DNA from: Vitrella brassicaformis CCMP3155
Taxonomy: Eukaryota > Protista > Chromerida
DNA length: 64,000 nucleotides
Direction: 5' to 3'
NCBI GenBank assembly: GCA_001179505.1
Contig: CDMY01000486.1
Span: 1 to 64,000, forward strand
The notes under the pieces were generated by a model, which saw only the letters and a program-made list of their open reading frames with translations, searched no databases and had not been told where the DNA came from. This document shows, in pieces, positions 34,003-47,873 of the stretch (position 1 is its first letter; the number at the start of each line of letters is the position of its first letter). A program made the translations under genes and the position numbers.

Positions 34003-36777
34003 TGCAGCCCTGGATGTGTGTGTGTGTGTCAGTTGTGGCCTGGCTAGCTGTCTTGCTGGCTCACACCCCGACCGACCGAGAGAGCGAACTCGTCATAGTA
34101 GGGGACATTGAGCAGCCAATTCCGCTTCGCAGACGACAGGTAACTCGACACTGACAAATACACACCAACACACACATTGCCCCCCTTCCCCTCCCTCCCT
34201 CCCTCCCTCTCCCTCCTGTGTGTGTCTCGTCTCTTACAGGCCTGGTGATGGTCCCCCTCGTAGAAGGGGATGTCAGTCCCCTCCCCCGGCCCGCCCTCAT
34301 CGTCCACCCCGTTCACCATGCCCCCATAGAACATCATGTGGTGGTGGTGGTTGGCCCGCCGGTGGGTGTCCCGCGCCCTCCTCTCCCGCTGCCGCCGCTT
34401 CTTCTCGCGCGCGAAGGCCTGTTCCCACTGGAGGGATGACCACAGACAGAGGGACCGGTCGCCCGCCAGCTTCTGGTAGTCGACCTCCATTCCTGTGTGT
34501 GTGTGTGGCAGACGGACAGACAGACAGGGGAGAGAGGGAGAGATGGTGAGGTGCGAGTGCGTGGGGGCGGAAGGATGTTTAAAATTGGCTCACCGCTCGG
34601 CCCTGCCGTGAGGAAGATCTCAGGGATGTTCTTATCGGGCACCTGACGGACAGAACCGACAGACACATTTATTTGAGGCGGGTCTCTCTCTCTGTGTCTG
34701 TGTGTGTGTGTGTGTGTGTATGGGTGTGCGTGTGTGTGTGTGTTAGCGAACCTGGTAGGCCCCTCCGACCCTGATGTGCCCGCGGCAGGTGCCCTCGCTC
34801 TTGGCCTTACGGCGACCTCGACTGACACACAGACATCCATTTATCCATCCATCCACGGCTTCCCATCGCGTCGTGTCTGTCTGTTGCCTTGTCTCTTCCT
34901 TACAGGCTGTCGAGGATCTGCGGTGTCTGCTTCCTCCTCTCCTCAACCACCGCCAGGTAGTTCTGACTCCCACCACTACCGGCTCCACCAGCAGCGCCAG
35001 GCTTCTCGCGGATAACGCCCCGAAGATCTGAATGTCAGTCAACCCAACACACAGACAGACAGACACACATTCAACCGTGATTTCACTCACTCTGGTCAGT
35101 CAGGGTGGGTGTATAATGCGTGTGTGTACCTAATGTGCCGGCGCAGTAGCAGCATGACCATTCCACCTCCTCGGGCGGCGGGGAAGACATCTTCAGACAC
35201 TGATACACACACCGATGGACACACACACACACACAGTTGTCCAATAGGCAGGCGCTCTGTGCAGTTTTGTTGGCCGCTTGGTTGGTTTCTCGGTGTCCTT
35301 ACGCTGATATGGAAGGCCCTGCGGCATGTGTCGCAGCACAGCAGCTCGCCGTGAAGCTGACACAACGACACACCACAGACACACCACAGACACACCACAG
35401 ACAGAGATGACATCCCGCCCGCCCCCGTGTGTGTGTGTGTGTGTATCGCCCCGCCTGCTCTGCTTACGTTGCACAGGTTGCATACGGAGTCGTGGTCGTC
35501 ATCTGATTCCGGGGCCTTGTCGTCGTCGCGCATGTGCTTGTTGCCGCGACGTCTCGCGGGGGCTGCTGCAGGCCTCTCGCGCCGACTGGCAAAACAAAAC
35601 GACACACGCACATCCACCACACCACAAACTAGAGGGCATGTCATGTGTGTCCGTGAGTGAGTGTGTGTGCCGTGCCGGCCGGGTGGTAATACCCGTTAGC
35701 CACCAATGGACGTCGGTCCCATGGCTGTCTGTCCGTGGGCGACCCGCTGCCGCTCCTCGACCTACGGCCATTGCGAACCTCATCTGCACACACACACACA
35801 CACACACAAAACACGTGGACGTCTGGCATCAATGACACGAGAGGGAGTGAGTGGATCGCGGCGTGGTTGCTCGCTCACCACACAGGGGGCATATCCAGGG
35901 ATCAGCGTCAGGTGGGAACTCCCCTATCCGGAAGCCGGAGCACTGACACACACACGAATGTGTTTCATGTCGGCCTGCTGCAGGGGTATGAGGGCTGGCT
36001 GACTCACCGTGTTGTGCCACGCGCGTGGGCATGTGTCGCAGCAGATGAGCGTGCCATGCTTCTGCAGATCCACACACATCCACACACACACACACACACA
36101 AAACAATCATGCCATGCATCTGTGTGTGGTCTCAGTGTCCATCCCACTCCCCACCCCCTCCCATCCCCTCATCCCCTCACTCACGCCGCATTTGAAGCAG
36201 ACTTCGTCATGCTGCCCCCTGTAGAGCTCATGGTCCGCTATCACCATGGGCTTCCCGCCCTTGCCCTTGGCTCGCTTCCGATCACCCCCGCCCCCACTAC
36301 CACCCACAATGCAGCCCACACCCACACCCTCACTCCACTGACGCTTCTTCTCGTTCTCGAGAACACCGTTGTGATGCTGTCGCGGCTGCTGCTGCTGCTG
36401 GTGGTGGTTGTCTTGCGGGGATCTCTCCCCCGCTGCCGCTTCCGCTTCCTCCTCGCTGGCCAATGGGGGCGATGCTGGTGAGTCCTTTGGGGCAGATGGT
36501 GGTATGGGGATGGCCGGGAGGGGGGGCCGTTCACCATTAGCTATGTTCCCATCATATTCACCGTTGCCATTGCCATTTGCGGCGGGGGAGGGCGAGCGGG
36601 ACGACGGGCGGCTGGAGCGCTCGTTGGGGTGAGGGGAGGAGGGGGACGGGAGCAGGGGTGCCTCTGCACACACACAGACACACGCAGACGCGCACACAGG
36701 GGTGTGGGTGGGGTGCAGTCACCATGTGCCAGCGTACCTTGATTCTGCCGGGTGTCCGTCCCCGGTTGCTCCATCAT
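33376..36777 (-). CDS. Chromatin protein with two PHD fingers and an ELM2-like C-terminal region; both ends approximate
   Basis: Spliced PHD1 HDEVCFKCG|KHGTLICCDTCPRAWHNT|C...PWICPLC; PHD2 HDSVCNLCN|LHGELLCCDTCRRAFHI|..WSCCYC; later VLRFAKYDIERALAIL (ELM2-like). Confidence 0.8.
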
Positions 36778-37099
36778 GTGTGTGCTTGTCCCCTGCGCTC
36801 TGGCCACCTCCCTCGCCAGTCTGTGGGGCGCCTCCACAAACCACTGGACCAACCCACCAGGGCCAAACCAACGCGCCAGTTCTTGATCCTCTTCGCTTGA
36901 GCAGTCGAACACACGTCACGCGCTACGCCTCCTTTGCTCGTCGGACGGCTCTTTCTTCCTTGCTGCAGCGATCGACGTGCGAGCTTGAGGTTTGTGGTGA
37001 CGGGCATTTTGCTTTTGAGGCATGCGTGTGTGTGCCTCGAGGCCAGCTGAGGTCTTGAGGCGGCCCGTCTGACCCTCACAAGCGACCTTCTGCGTGACC

Positions 37100-40000
37100 A
37101 TGGTGAGAAAGCCCAACGAGACAGTCGCCGGCACGCTGTGGCGCTTCCTCTCTTCTCCAGACAGCAGAGAGAGGCAGCCACGATGGGACTGACTGTGTTG
37201 TGGTTTGTGTGTGTTGAGTGTTCTTCTAGGAGTCTGAGGCAGTTGAGGAGAAATCCCCGGAGGTCCCTGAGCAGGAGCAGCAGCCGGAGGAGGACAGGGC
37301 GGCCGATGTCGACAATGCCAATGACGTCGCACCGGCCGTCCCTGCTCCGGCTCCTGCCGATGCTGCCGGAGGTGATGGTGGTGCTGAGGAGGAGGAGGAA
37401 GTGTCTGAGCTACAGCCACAGCCAGAGCAGCCACCTGAGCCACAGCCCGCCGCAGCAGACGAGGCCAATGAGCCTCAGGTGTCCCACCCCAACAATGTCG
37501 AAGGAGAATCGTCCCCTGCTCCCCCGCCAGCCCCCATCCCCGAACCTGCGTCTGTGTCCGAGTCAGCTGCTGCTGTAGTCCAAGAGGCAGAGCAACACGA
37601 GGCCCCAGAGCCATCCCCAGCTCCAGCAGCCCCTGCACCTGCACCAGGCCCCGCAGCGGCCCTGCCGCCCAACGCCATCTCTCCCCCGTCGGGCGACCAC
37701 CAGCCGTCGGTGCCCGGTGAGAGTTCAGCGTCGAGCAAGGCTAAGGCCAAGGCCAAGCGCAAGAGCCGCAAGCCAAAGCAGTCGGTGTTTGAGAGCAAAC
37801 CCGAGCCCAGCAAGGCCGACGCGCGAGCGGGCGACAAGGACGCGGGTGGTGCGGCTGGGGGTGGGAGTGGGAGTGGTGGCGGTGGCGGTGGTGGTGGTCC
37901 GGTTCGGAGCGTCTTCGAGAGCCAGCCTGCGGATCGTGTCGCCGACTTTCACTCAGGTACTCCAGTAGACAAGCAGGCAGTCCACCCCACACGAGCAGTG
38001 TACGAGAACCAGCCGGTGCCTCGTGTGCATCACCACTACCACACACCCACACGCCTCTCCATCTTTGAACGCAAACCGCACCGCTCTTCGGCTGACACAG
38101 GTTCGAGAAGCCCACCCCCAAGGGACCTATCGCTCCCAGAGCCCAAATCCGTCTACGAGTCGGCACCCAGGGACGACGGCAAGCGAGCTGACTTCCGCTC
38201 CGGCGAGGCCCCCAAGCACAACGGCGTGGGGGAGGCGGCCAAGGGCGGTGCCGGTGCTGTGGCCAAAAGCGTCTACGAGAACGTGCCGCAGAGCCGCGTC
38301 GCCGACTACAGCGCCCTCAACAGGGGCGGGGGGGAGGACAGCCCCACCAAGGCAGCCGAGAAGGCCAAGACCGCCAAGTCGGTGTACGAGAGCACCCCTG
38401 CCGTCGGTGTGGCGGACTTCCGTGCCGGCGACAAGCAGGGGGGCGGTGGGGGCGGGGCTGGTGGTGGTGGTGGTCAGCCGCAGAGGAGTGTGTTTGAGAG
38501 TTCGCCGCCCGAGGACGCCAAGGCGGCGGATTTTGCTGCGTCGCGGCCGTCGGTGCCGCCTGCTGGCGCCGTGCAGAAGAGCGTCTTCGAGAACGCACCC
38601 AAAGAGGCTGAAGTGGCCGCCAGCTATCGAAGTGAGTCCCTGAGCCACAGGGAGGGCGGCAAAACATCCATCCATCCATCCCTCCATGTGTGTGTGTATG
38701 TGTTGGTCGTTGCTGTGTGCAGGTCAGCCGCCCGGTGCGGGTGGTGTGGGTAAGGAGGCGGCCGTGTCGAGCCGGTCGCTGTTTGAGAGCTCGCCGCAGC
38801 CATCGCAGGCTGCTGTGAGATGGGACACTCCCGCTGCAGCAGCAGCACCCACTGGTCAGTCAGTCCATCAACTCAACCACACACAACACACACACACACA
38901 CCCCACAAAGGACTCCTCCGTGATTGGGTGGTGGTCTGTCTGTCTGTCTATCTGTCTGTTCTGTCTGTGAGCAGAGAAGGGCAAGTCTACATATGAGAAT
39001 GCCCCCAAGGAGTCGGGGGCGTCGTTCTCCTGGCGGACGGACGTCAAATCAAGTACCGTACCCAGCCACCGCCACAGCCATACACACACACACAGGGAGA
39101 GAGAGAGAGAGGGTGTGTTGTGTGATGGATGGCATCAGGTCCGGTCGCCAATGCACGTTCTGTGTTTGAGAACAAACCCAAGGACTCGCCCGCCACAGCC
39201 AAGTGGAACCAACAGGCCGGTACGTACGTCAACCGCACACAAAGCATCCATCACAGACAACACACCACACTACACCGCAACACGCCACGCCACGCCCATT
39301 GATCCATCGTGTGTGTGTGGATAATGGCGTGTGCTGTGCAGAGGCGTCGAGCGGGAAGCCTCAGCAGTCGGTGTACGAGAGCACTCCCCAGCAGTCGCGG
39401 GCATTCGTCGGATACTCGACACGACTCGAACAGAAACAGGCGCCACAGCCATCCGTATTTGAGAACCAACCGAAGGTACGCAGCCAGCGGCACCTAGGCG
39501 AGAGAGAGAGAGAGAGAGAGAGCAGATGGTATATACAAAATGTTGCTCCTTGTCTTGTGTGTGTGCAGCCGTCTCGCTACGACGCCGGTGCTGCCTATGG
39601 TCCCGAAGACGATGACGAGTACGAGTATGAGGATGACGACACCTCGCCACCGCCAGCCAGCGCACCACAGCCACCCCAGCAACGCCTCAAATTCGATGAC
39701 AAGAAGGAAATGATGATGGCCCCACCACCCAATGCATCGGCCTCGCCCATCCCGCAGCAGCGACGACAGCACCAGCACCGGTCGTCTGCTCTGGGTGGCG
39801 AAGGGGAGGACGTCCACGCCGAGGTGGCCAAGACGCTCAACCAGGAGAGGGAGGCAGAAATGCGGTCAGATGCATCGCCGGCAGACGCTGCTGGACAGAA
39901 AGGTACCTGAGTGGCACTGCAGACCTGACACACACACACACACACACAGACAGTGCACTGACCTGAGGGAGAGAGGGGGTGTGGGGTGGGTGGCACTGCA

Positions 40001-40288
40001 TGGCCCACCGCCGTGTGCATGGCGGCGTGGATGCAGTGTCCACACCCACTGCTGCTGGCGATTTGGTGCTTTCTTTGCGCAGTCGGGGCGGAGTCAAGCC
40101 ACCACCACCAGGCCAACAACCAGGCCAACAACATCGATCTGCTGATGGATCGGTTGGAGAGGGAGGAGGTCCCGGCACACCTCATCAACAATTCAAACAG
40201 CAGCAGCCCTATCAACCTGATGCAGATGCAACACCAGCAGGGGCAGCACCAGCAGCAGCAGCAGCAGCAGGGGGCGGAGGAATCCTGA
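37100..40288 (+). CDS. Uncharacterised repeat protein with 14 S(V/I/L/T)(F/Y)E repeats; first coding exon is ATG alone
   Basis: ATG 37100-37102, intron gtgaga...ttctag (37103-37229), then an open frame ESEAVEEK...; downstream GT-AG exons keep frame to TGA at 40288. Confidence 0.75.
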
Positions 40289-43028
40289 CCACCGACCAAT
40301 CGCCGCGAAACGTACGGCTGCACACACAGACAGCTGGACACACAGACACAGAGACACAAGCGTGTTGGCCCTCTGCTGTCTTTGGCAGCTTGCTGATGCA
40401 TTCCGGAGTCGCGGAGGTGTCGTACGATAGATAGCTGTACTGCAACTTTCAAGACGGACACACGAGGCGGGCGGCCGGGCGGCTGGGGGCGAGAGACAGA
40501 GAGGGAGGAGAATGAGTGTCTGAGAGTGATGAATGAGTGACGTGCGTGTGAAGGCGATCGACCCATCTAGGGAGAGAGGGGGGGAGGGCCATGGCATGGC
40601 CGGCCGCGGTTTCTTTTTTTGTCGGCCCACTGTCTGTCTGCCTGGCTGCGTACGTGTGTGTGTGCATGGTGACATGAGACATGACAGCCATCCATCCGCC
40701 CGCCCGTCATCAAGATCAAGGCACACACGTGATTTGAACGGCGCACACACACACACACCGCCCCTGCTTGATTCGTTAGTCGGTTTCAACACAACTGTAT
40801 TATGTGTATGTGTGTGTGTATCATGTGTGTAAACACCAACCAGATAGCTACAAACACAGGCAGCACGGCAGCAGGGAGGGAGGGGGACCGGGGGGACAGA
40901 CAGACAGACAGGCAGCAAGAAGGCAAACAGGCAAGCAGGCCGACCCCACTGACTGACTGACTGGGTTGCCTTGTGTGTATCTGTGTCTGTATGTGTGTGT
41001 GCGTGTGGGTATGGTAGCGTACCTGCATCGCATCGCATCGCATAAGCCGCGTTGCCTTTTCTTTTTGAATAAGACGACCATACGACCATACCCCTCCCTA
41101 TATATTGCTCAGAGGCCGACTGACTGACTCACTCACCCATTCACCCAGCCAGCTACCCATCGCACACAAGACAAGACAAGCCACAGATTTTTTCCTTCTT
41201 CCCCCCCCTTGGCCCCCCAACCCCCTTAGACACACCAGGCAGGCAGGCAGGCAGGTCCGATATAGTGAGCGAGCAACCAACCCACCGCCCCGTATATATT
41301 TGTGATGTGTGTGATGCATTCCTAGGTGTACGCAATAAGACCCTCCCTCCCTCCGTCGCATTGCTACTCTCTCTCTCTCCCTCCCTAGTCTAGCAATTTT
41401 GTCGCCTACCGAGCCGATAGATACCACACCACTTCCCTGCCTGCCTCCTTGCCTGCCTTCCCATTCATTGTATCCCACTGGTCGGTCCACTTTTGTTGCT
41501 TCAAGTCATCGAGTGCGGTTGGCTCACTGCCTGCCTGTGGTGTGTGTGTGTGTGTGTGTGTGCCTGCTTTGATGTGGGGGTGGGGGGTGATGGATGAGTC
41601 ATGCCATGGCTACATTGGGTCGTTTTCCGCTGCCTGCCTGCCTGCCTGCTTGCCTGCGTGTGTGTGTGGGTGGGTGCGTGACCTATATGTGTGCGCTGCG
41701 ACGACCGATGCGAGGACAGAGAGAAGCCATGGCAGGCAGGCAGCCTGTCAGTCACCACTAGCAAATGCGCTAGTACTTTTGTTACGGCAACTAAGCGATC
41801 GTGGATGGGGCCATGAGGCGGGTCAGCTCAGCTCTCTCTATCGGCCGGCCTTTTCTCTCTGCTCTGTCTGAAGAGAGACGATTGACCCGACAGACCCCAA
41901 CACACACACACACTGATAAGACGAGCTAGCTGGGTTGCTGTATACTCATTCTTAAGAAAGAGACTGTGGTGTGGCGGCGTGGGTGCATCCTGTCTTACGT
42001 GTGCCTTGCCATCTTCATGTTTCGTTGCGCTACCGATGCGACGACGGAGCACCGAGACGGCCGGCGTGACGGGTGACGGGATGCGACACGCCCACACATC
42101 ACTCTAAGGGCACGCACACACACTGTTCCCTCTCTCTCTTACCCACTCACTCGGTTGGCCTCTCTCTTACCGTGCATCCATCCCATCCGTCTATCCAATT
42201 CGCTGCCTGCCTGTCTGTCTGTCTGTCTGTGACAATGATGATGATGTGTGTTGTGTTGTGTGGGGTCGATAACTCAGCAAAGAGGTGAGCCATCGACTGA
42301 CAGACAGACACCTAATTGAACGAACCGAACCACTTGGATGGGATGGATGAGCGGCTGAAGCGCCAGGCAAGCACCCACTTACACACGTCATTACACAGCA
42401 CTACATGGTCATTCTGAGCTTGTCTGGTGTGGTGCGGTGTTGGTGGTGGGGGTCAGTCATCACTTTTGTGTGCTGCCCGGCATTCATGACGTGTGTGTGG
42501 GTCTCGATTCTAATTGACTACGTGGAGAATGGATTGCTCTGGGGTGCCTGCCGTGCCGTGCTGTGTGTGCGCGATGTCATTCATCATGTGTTTGTGAGGG
42601 GAGGTGACGGGGTCAATTTGATGGATGTCTGGCGTGGTATGGTGTGGTGTGGTGGGCAGCTTCCCCCATGATGCGTCGGTTGGTTGGTTGAGACACTAAG
42701 AATGGATGGACGTCAGTCAGTCAAGTCACACAACACAGAACACACACATAACATGTAACTAACGTATTCTAACGCACAAATCTATCTGATAATCCGATAA
42801 TCCAATCATGCCACCTGCAAACCGCTGTACGTCAATCCGTATCTACACGTCTGTCTGTCTGTCTGTCTCTCTGTCTGCCTGCCGACACGAAAAAACACTC
42901 GATGTCATGTCAACAAACATCCCTGCACACAGCGAGCGAGCGAAGGGCATGGCATCCGGCAGGCCCCTCGCCAATCAATGCATAACCGATTCCCTCTCAC
43001 GCCCCCTTCCCCAGCCCCGCCATGTATG

Positions 43029-44266
43029 TCATTCCTTCTTGACGGGGCGCGTCATGGCCAGCAGCTGCTCCACGTCCATCAGATTGCCACGGGGGTCGTT
43101 GGCAGAACTGCAGTCATCACATACACACATACGTCACCGCCACACACACACACACACATGGACACACATAACATGCAGTCGGCCAAAAGAGCTCTCACTG
43201 GTGTTGAGTTGACCTGGTGGCGGGTTTCTTGCCGGGAGGCTGCAGGCCGCCCAGCCCCTCGGGCGCCTCCCTCTTGACACCAGCCGTCGGGTTGGTCGAT
43301 ATCTCGATCTTGAAGCCCCCAACACCACCACCCGGCCGTGACGCCATCATCCCTACCCCGCTCATCTCACCCTTCGGCCGCACCGCCATCACAGCCGCCC
43401 TCGGCCCGTCCTCCACCTCGTCAGGCTTGGGCACCGTCAGCCAGGGAATCGCCTTGGACGTCTTTTTCTGCCCCGAGGGATCCCCGGTGTCCTTGGATAT
43501 CTTGAGGATGGAGGCGTCGGCGAGCGATGCCGCCTGGGTGATCTTGTTGGCGTCGCTGTCCGCCCCCTGCGGCTGTTTCTCCTTGACGGGAAGGGGGAAG
43601 TGGATCATCTGCATGTGCTGGATGCGGTTCATGACGTCCATCAGGGTCGCCAGCTGACGGCGGGCGCGGGTCTCACGCTCTGTCGTCAAGGCACGCAATG
43701 CCACGCTGTCCTGCAGGAAGGAACGACACACGTGTGTGTGTGTGTGTGTGTGTGTATGTATCTTGTTCCCTCGACCACTCTCTCAGTCACTGACCCCAGC
43801 CTTGAGCTTCTCCATGCACTTTTCGCATAGGAAGTGTCCGTCGTCAGGGTGCCGCGGGAAGAGCTGCACCTTTAGGGAGGTGTACTTCTCACCACACCGG
43901 GGGCACACGAACTCGTCCATCGAAAAGGCGTCGGACACTGCCTGCATTGCAACCCATCCACACACACAGACACACACACACGCGCACCGCCGTGAAAAGA
44001 CACATCCACGTATGTGTGTGTATGTGTGTGTGTGTGTGTAGTGCGAAGGTCACACACGTGACCTTGTGTGGAGGTGGGGTGACTGACCTGTTTGAGGTTT
44101 CTGTCGAGTTCGTCCAGGCGCCACTTGACCGAGTGGACCACATTCGGGTGAATGCGCCAGTACGCCGGGGAGCCCTTGGCGCGCTCCCAGGGCTTCTCGC
44201 ACTCGAGGATCATCTCCTGCTCAAGGTGAACCAACGCTTCACGCAGCTGACGACGCCCGAGACACA

Positions 44267-44302
<36 letters not shown>

Positions 44303-44639
44303 CAGGTCCACCATGTCTGTCTGCATCTCCCTCCCTCCTCCGCTCGTGTGTTACCTGTTTGTCGTAGAGATCCAGCCTGTCCTTGATCTCCTTCTCCAGC
44401 ACCGCCCTCTCCTCTCGCGCCAGGAAGCTGCACACAACGAAGTGGATGTCGTCATAAAAGGTCGCCGTCACCAGCTTGATGAACCGCCGGAACAAGTCGC
44501 GGTTGAACGGGATGGCCCTGGACGCTGTGCTAGAGGGGGAGCGAGAGGCAGAGGGCGCACCGGCCTTCTTGCTGCGGCCTGCCGCGCCTGCTGCTGCAGC
44601 AGCGGCGGAGGACGCGCCTGCCGGGGCGTCTTTCGGCAT
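43029..44639 (-). CDS. GTF2E1: General transcription factor IIE alpha subunit (TFA1)
   Basis: Winged-helix region FIKLVTATFYDD...LREALVHLEQE...YWRIH...VKWRLDEL, zinc ribbon FVCPRCGEKY...FLCEKC, and RRQLATLMD..NRI; last exon SANDPRGNL...VKKE*. Confidence 0.88.
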
Positions 44640-44812
44640 CTCTGATCTGTGTGGTCAGCAGAAGATGCTGGCGGCAAGCAGTGACGGATTCCTCTGCGTT
44701 GGTGAGTGATTTGTGTTTCATAGGGACAGAACAGATGGCAGCTCGCTTTTTGCCGCTAGGGTGCTCCGTGAAACCGCTGCGAGTCTGCCCGGAAGGGGAG
44801 CCGTCGAAGCCC

Positions 44813-47800
44813 ATGTCGAAGCTCTTGGCTTGACGCTCGCTCCTTCCACTGTCCTGCAGCGCTGACCGGCGTGGTCGAGCGGTTCGGGTGCAGCTGCAGC
44901 AGATCGAGATGGTGAAGCTGGCCTACGTGGAGATCGCCGCCGTGGGTCAGGGTGAGCCGAAGCAGCATGTGCTGGAGCTGCAGGCCGCCAACCTCAAGAT
45001 GCCGTCCGTCGCCATCGGCTGCATCCCCATCCTCACCAAATACGCGCCGAAGCCCTTCAGCGACATGCCGTCTGCGGAGCACATCACCGTTTTCCCTGGG
45101 TGGGTGGCTCAGTCAGCGACAGACAGCGAGTGCATCTGGACAGACAGCACTCGATGGTGTCTGTGGTGACACACGATGGTGTGTGTGATGGGGTGATGTG
45201 AGGTGTGGTGGGGTGTGGTGTGTGTTGCGTGTGCAGGTATCATGACTGTCGCGACGACAACGTGCCGATCATCCTGACGCTGCGCAAGGGCGAGCACCGG
45301 ACGGACGCCCGCAACACCATCGCAACCGTGTACAAGAATGTGTTCTTTGAGGACAAGGGCATCGGCAGTATACGGTCGGACGGCGCCAGAGTGACCTGCA
45401 GAGGTCAGTCAAGGGATAGATAGAGCCATGGATGGGGGGATGGGGATGGATGGATGGATGGATGGATGGACAAAGGGAGGGAGGGAGGGAGGGAGGAGGG
45501 CTGGGCTGGGCTGGGCTGTGCACTTATGTGTCTGTCGCTGTGTGGTTGTGTGTGTTCGTCTGGCTGTGTACTGCCTGCCAAACCAGGTCCTGTGTTGATC
45601 TTCTGGCGCAGCAAGCTGTCGGACCCCAACCAGACCGGCGGCAAGATGCAAATGCAGCTCAGGTGTGTACAGCGGGATCACACACGCACCCACTCACTCA
45701 TCCACCCGCTCTTTGCTTTGTGTGTGTGGCCGTGCAGCAACTTCACGTTGGCTGACGTCAGGAAGACCATCGGCGAGAAGCGCTACGCCATCCTGCTGGA
45801 AGACCACCGGCGCCCCTCCCCCAGCATGCCCATCACCGCACCCGTGCCGAGGAACCCCTTCAGCCTTCAAGCCAGCCAGCCGCTCCCCGTCCCCGAGCCC
45901 GTGGCGCCCGCCGCACCCTCCTCTCGTTCCATCCGCCCGTCGACCTCATCATCCCTCCAGCCAGACGATGACGGACCCACCACCTGGACAGAGGAATGGG
46001 GCGACGGCAACAAGACACAGACACAGACCCAGGCGCCCAGCACCACGTCGTATGACCATGATGAGCATCAGCGTGGGCGTGTGACGGAGGGGGAGCCATT
46101 CATCCCTCCCCGGCCGTCGTTCGCGCCGCCCTCGTTTCCGCCGGTCGTGCAGCAGGTGGCCGAGTACCACCACGAGCAGGAGGAGCTCTCGGCGCAGATC
46201 GAGGCACACAGTTTCTGCTCGGCCGCCTCCCTGTCGGGGCCTCCCAGTGGTGTGGGGGTTGTGTTGGATCATCACAGCTACGGCGAGCATGAGGACGAGA
46301 GTGACGGCGAGGAGGCCCTGGCTGCGTCACAACACTCACTGGGCGTGGGGGAGCAGAGCGGTGATGGGGTGGTGCGGGAGGAGAGGGCGGTATCCAGCCG
46401 CACACAGCCGTTCGGGCCATGCCTCTCACCTCTCGGCAGCGAGGCCTCCGTCCCACCGGCCGGCCCCTCCTCGCCACTGCCCTTCATGCCCATGCCGGCG
46501 CCAGTCGACCACATCCACACCCACACTCCCCCTCAACCTCAGCAGGGAGGCGCAGACGCTGCCGCCGCCGCTGCCGCTGCTGCCCCCGCAGCAGCTGCAG
46601 TGCCGTTTGCGTGCCTCTCCCCCCAACAGCAACAGCAGCCACAGCAGCCCCCGATGGTGATGATGGAGCCACCGAACATCATTCCGATGATGGACGGCAT
46701 GCAGGAGCACATACAGGGGCAGCAGCAGGAGGGTCAGGGGGCCGGACAGGCATTCCCCCTGGTGCCGGCGACGAATGGCGTGGGCGTGGGTGTCGGCCAG
46801 GGTGTGGATGTGGGCATGGGTGTTGGTTTGGGGGCTGGTCCTGCCCCACCCTGTATGTCTGACAGCGAGGCGGTGGCGCTGCTGGACCAGCTGCAGGGTG
46901 CGATGCCGGCCGTGATGAGTGTGGGCCAGGCGGTGCGTGTGCTGGTCGACACTGAGCGAATGCAGATGGGGGGGCGGCTGGAGGAGATTCAGAGAGAACT
47001 GGAGGCTGCCAAGGCAAGGTCAGCAATGAGCAACACAAGCCAGAGAGGGAGGGAGGGAGGGAGTGTGCATGTGATGAGTGTGGTCGTGCTGTTTTGTTGT
47101 TCTGTTGTGTGTGTGAGTGCAGCGTCGCTGAGAAGGACACGACTGTCCTGTCTCTCTCGGCCATCATCAATCGGCAGGAGCAGACCATCCAGCAGCTGAG
47201 CACCCCCAAGCCCAAAGAAGACCAGCACACCCAGACCGACACGGCCATCGCCCCTGCCCCTGCCCCTCCCCTCGGGCCCCTCCTCCCGCAGCCCACCCCA
47301 CCGTCCCCACTCCCTCTTACCGTCTCCTACACACCCAAACACTTCTCGCCCTCCACTGCCCCAAAGGTGCCCTACACGCCCACGGCTCGCCAGCACTCGG
47401 CCGCCCACAGCACCATCACCACCCCCACGATGATCGCCACGCCCAGCACTAAGCCCACCATGAGCTACGGGGCCCAGCACCAGCACAATCCCCTGCCCCA
47501 GCCGTGGGAACCACCTGGGTACGTCCAGGCATTCGCGCGCTTCCCTGATCCTGGGTGGGATATGCGTGGGCCGTACTTTGGGAAGTTTGACGGCAACTTC
47601 CTCCATCTGGAGGTGGGGGACGTCATCTGCCCCACACCACACCACACCATGGAGCCGCCGGCTGGCAGCATGCAGCAGGGCTGGGCGCTCGGACGCAACT
47701 CGCGCACACATCACGTACGTCAGCCACACACACACTCGTGGGCTCATGATGCAATCATGTGTGCACATGGATGTGATGTGTTGTGGCTGGTGTGTGCATG

Positions 47801-47873
47801 TCAGGTGGGGTGGTACCCCGAGTCGTATGTGAGGCCATACGGCGTCACGGCGAGGGGGCCGGGGGGCCGCTGA
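44813..47873 (+). CDS. Uncharacterised protein: unknown N-terminal globular domain, disordered middle, coiled coil and C-terminal SH3-like domain; start uncertain (alternative ATG 44909)
   Basis: In-frame GT-AG exons; C-terminus YVQAFARF...FLHLEVGDVI...QGWALGRNSRTH|QVGWYPESYVRP matches the SH3 pattern. Confidence 0.65.

Noticed and set aside
40300-43020. Many 60-300 aa ORFs rich in CVCV/HTHT/SLSL
   Set aside because: Translations of TG/CA/TC microsatellites between convergent genes; no coherent splice model or domain.
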